Positions 63,495 to 64,000 of a stretch of DNA of 64,000 bases are shown piece by piece. The translations under genes were made by a program, and so were the position numbers. The stretch spans positions 4,320,001-4,384,000 of the forward strand of contig OZ250169.1 in assembly GCA_965237955.1 (NCBI GenBank). Direction: 5' to 3'. Positions within the stretch are counted from its first letter, which is position 1. Each line of letters opens with the position of its first letter. The notes beneath the pieces were generated by a model. It ran no database searches. It was not told the origin of the DNA and saw nothing but the letters and a program-made list of their open reading frames with translations. This stretch comes from Candidatus Marinacidobacterales bacterium. Its GTDB lineage: Bacteria > Acidobacteriota > Vicinamibacteria > Marinacidobacterales > SMYC01.

Positions 63495-63692
63495 GAAGGA
63501 CAACCCGTCACGAGCATCGTCGTCCGCGAAGGCGACGTGTACGCGGAGATCGAAGATATCCGCAAAAACGTCGATCCGCAGCTCGTGGTCATGGGCACGC
63601 GGGGGCTCACCGGGCTGGACCATCTCCTGGTCGGGAGCGTGGCAGAAAAAATGGTGCGCATATCCGAGATTCCGGTGCTGACGGTGCATTAG
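63495..63692 (+). pseudogene. C-terminal USP remnant
   Basis: [36 protein letters not shown]. Confidence 0.75.
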
Positions 63693-63704
63693 AATCAAGC
63701 GGCC

Positions 63705-64000
63705 ATGTTGCCGAAAGTACGCTACGTCCTCATCGTGGAGGGCGCCTGTAACTTCGCCGTTCTCGTCGCCAAGGCCACTGTCGGGTTCACCACCGGCTCG
63801 TTTGCGGTCCTCGGCGATGCCCTTCACTCCCTGGCGGACCTCGCCAACAACGTCGTCGCCTTGATCGTCGTGAAGATCGCGAGCGAGCCGCCCGACCGCG
63901 AGCACCCCTACGGACACCAGAAGTTCGAGACGCTGGCCGTCTTCGGTTTGGCTGTGCTCCTCGCGGTGTTGGCGTTCGAGATCGTCGTGCGCGCCATCGA
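63705..64000 (+). CDS. Cation diffusion facilitator (FieF-like) transporter, runs off the window
   Basis: [35 protein letters not shown]. Confidence 0.9.
   Translation, partial: MLPKVRYVLIVEGACNFAVLVAKATVGFTTGSFAVLGDALHSLADLANNVVALIVVKIASEPPDREHPYGHQKFETLAVFGLAVLLAVLAFEIVVRAI

Overview
GC-rich bacterial chromosome segment. The gene content (Ser/Thr kinase fused to PD40 repeats, DUF4388, GT-C membrane proteins, DUF3179) suggests Acidobacteriota/Vicinamibacteria; this host call is inference only. About 1-39.6 kb is mostly housekeeping: rarA, greA, nfeD-slipin, prfB with its programmed frameshift, ddl, a DnaJ-class chaperone, lon, PBP1A, an RluA-family synthase and apaG. It also holds an exported selenocysteine peroxiredoxin that the ORF track splits at an in-frame UGA, an IS110 element, and a 4.1-kb tyrosine-integrase element inserted into a long palindromic non-coding site rather than a tRNA. 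About 39.7-64 kb is IS-rich and decaying: two near-identical IS630 copies, IS21, ISL3, MITE-like derivatives of IS630, IS1595 and IS607, and many genes that keep their ends but have lost their middles, including a universal stress protein (USP) cluster. The most striking item is a complete IS1595-family element (perfect 24-bp IRs, 8-bp TSD) carrying a BamHI-like methyltransferase/endonuclease pair and a small AT-hook-like ORF. No rRNA, tRNA or CRISPR array was seen. All family assignments come from motif recognition by eye, not from database searches.
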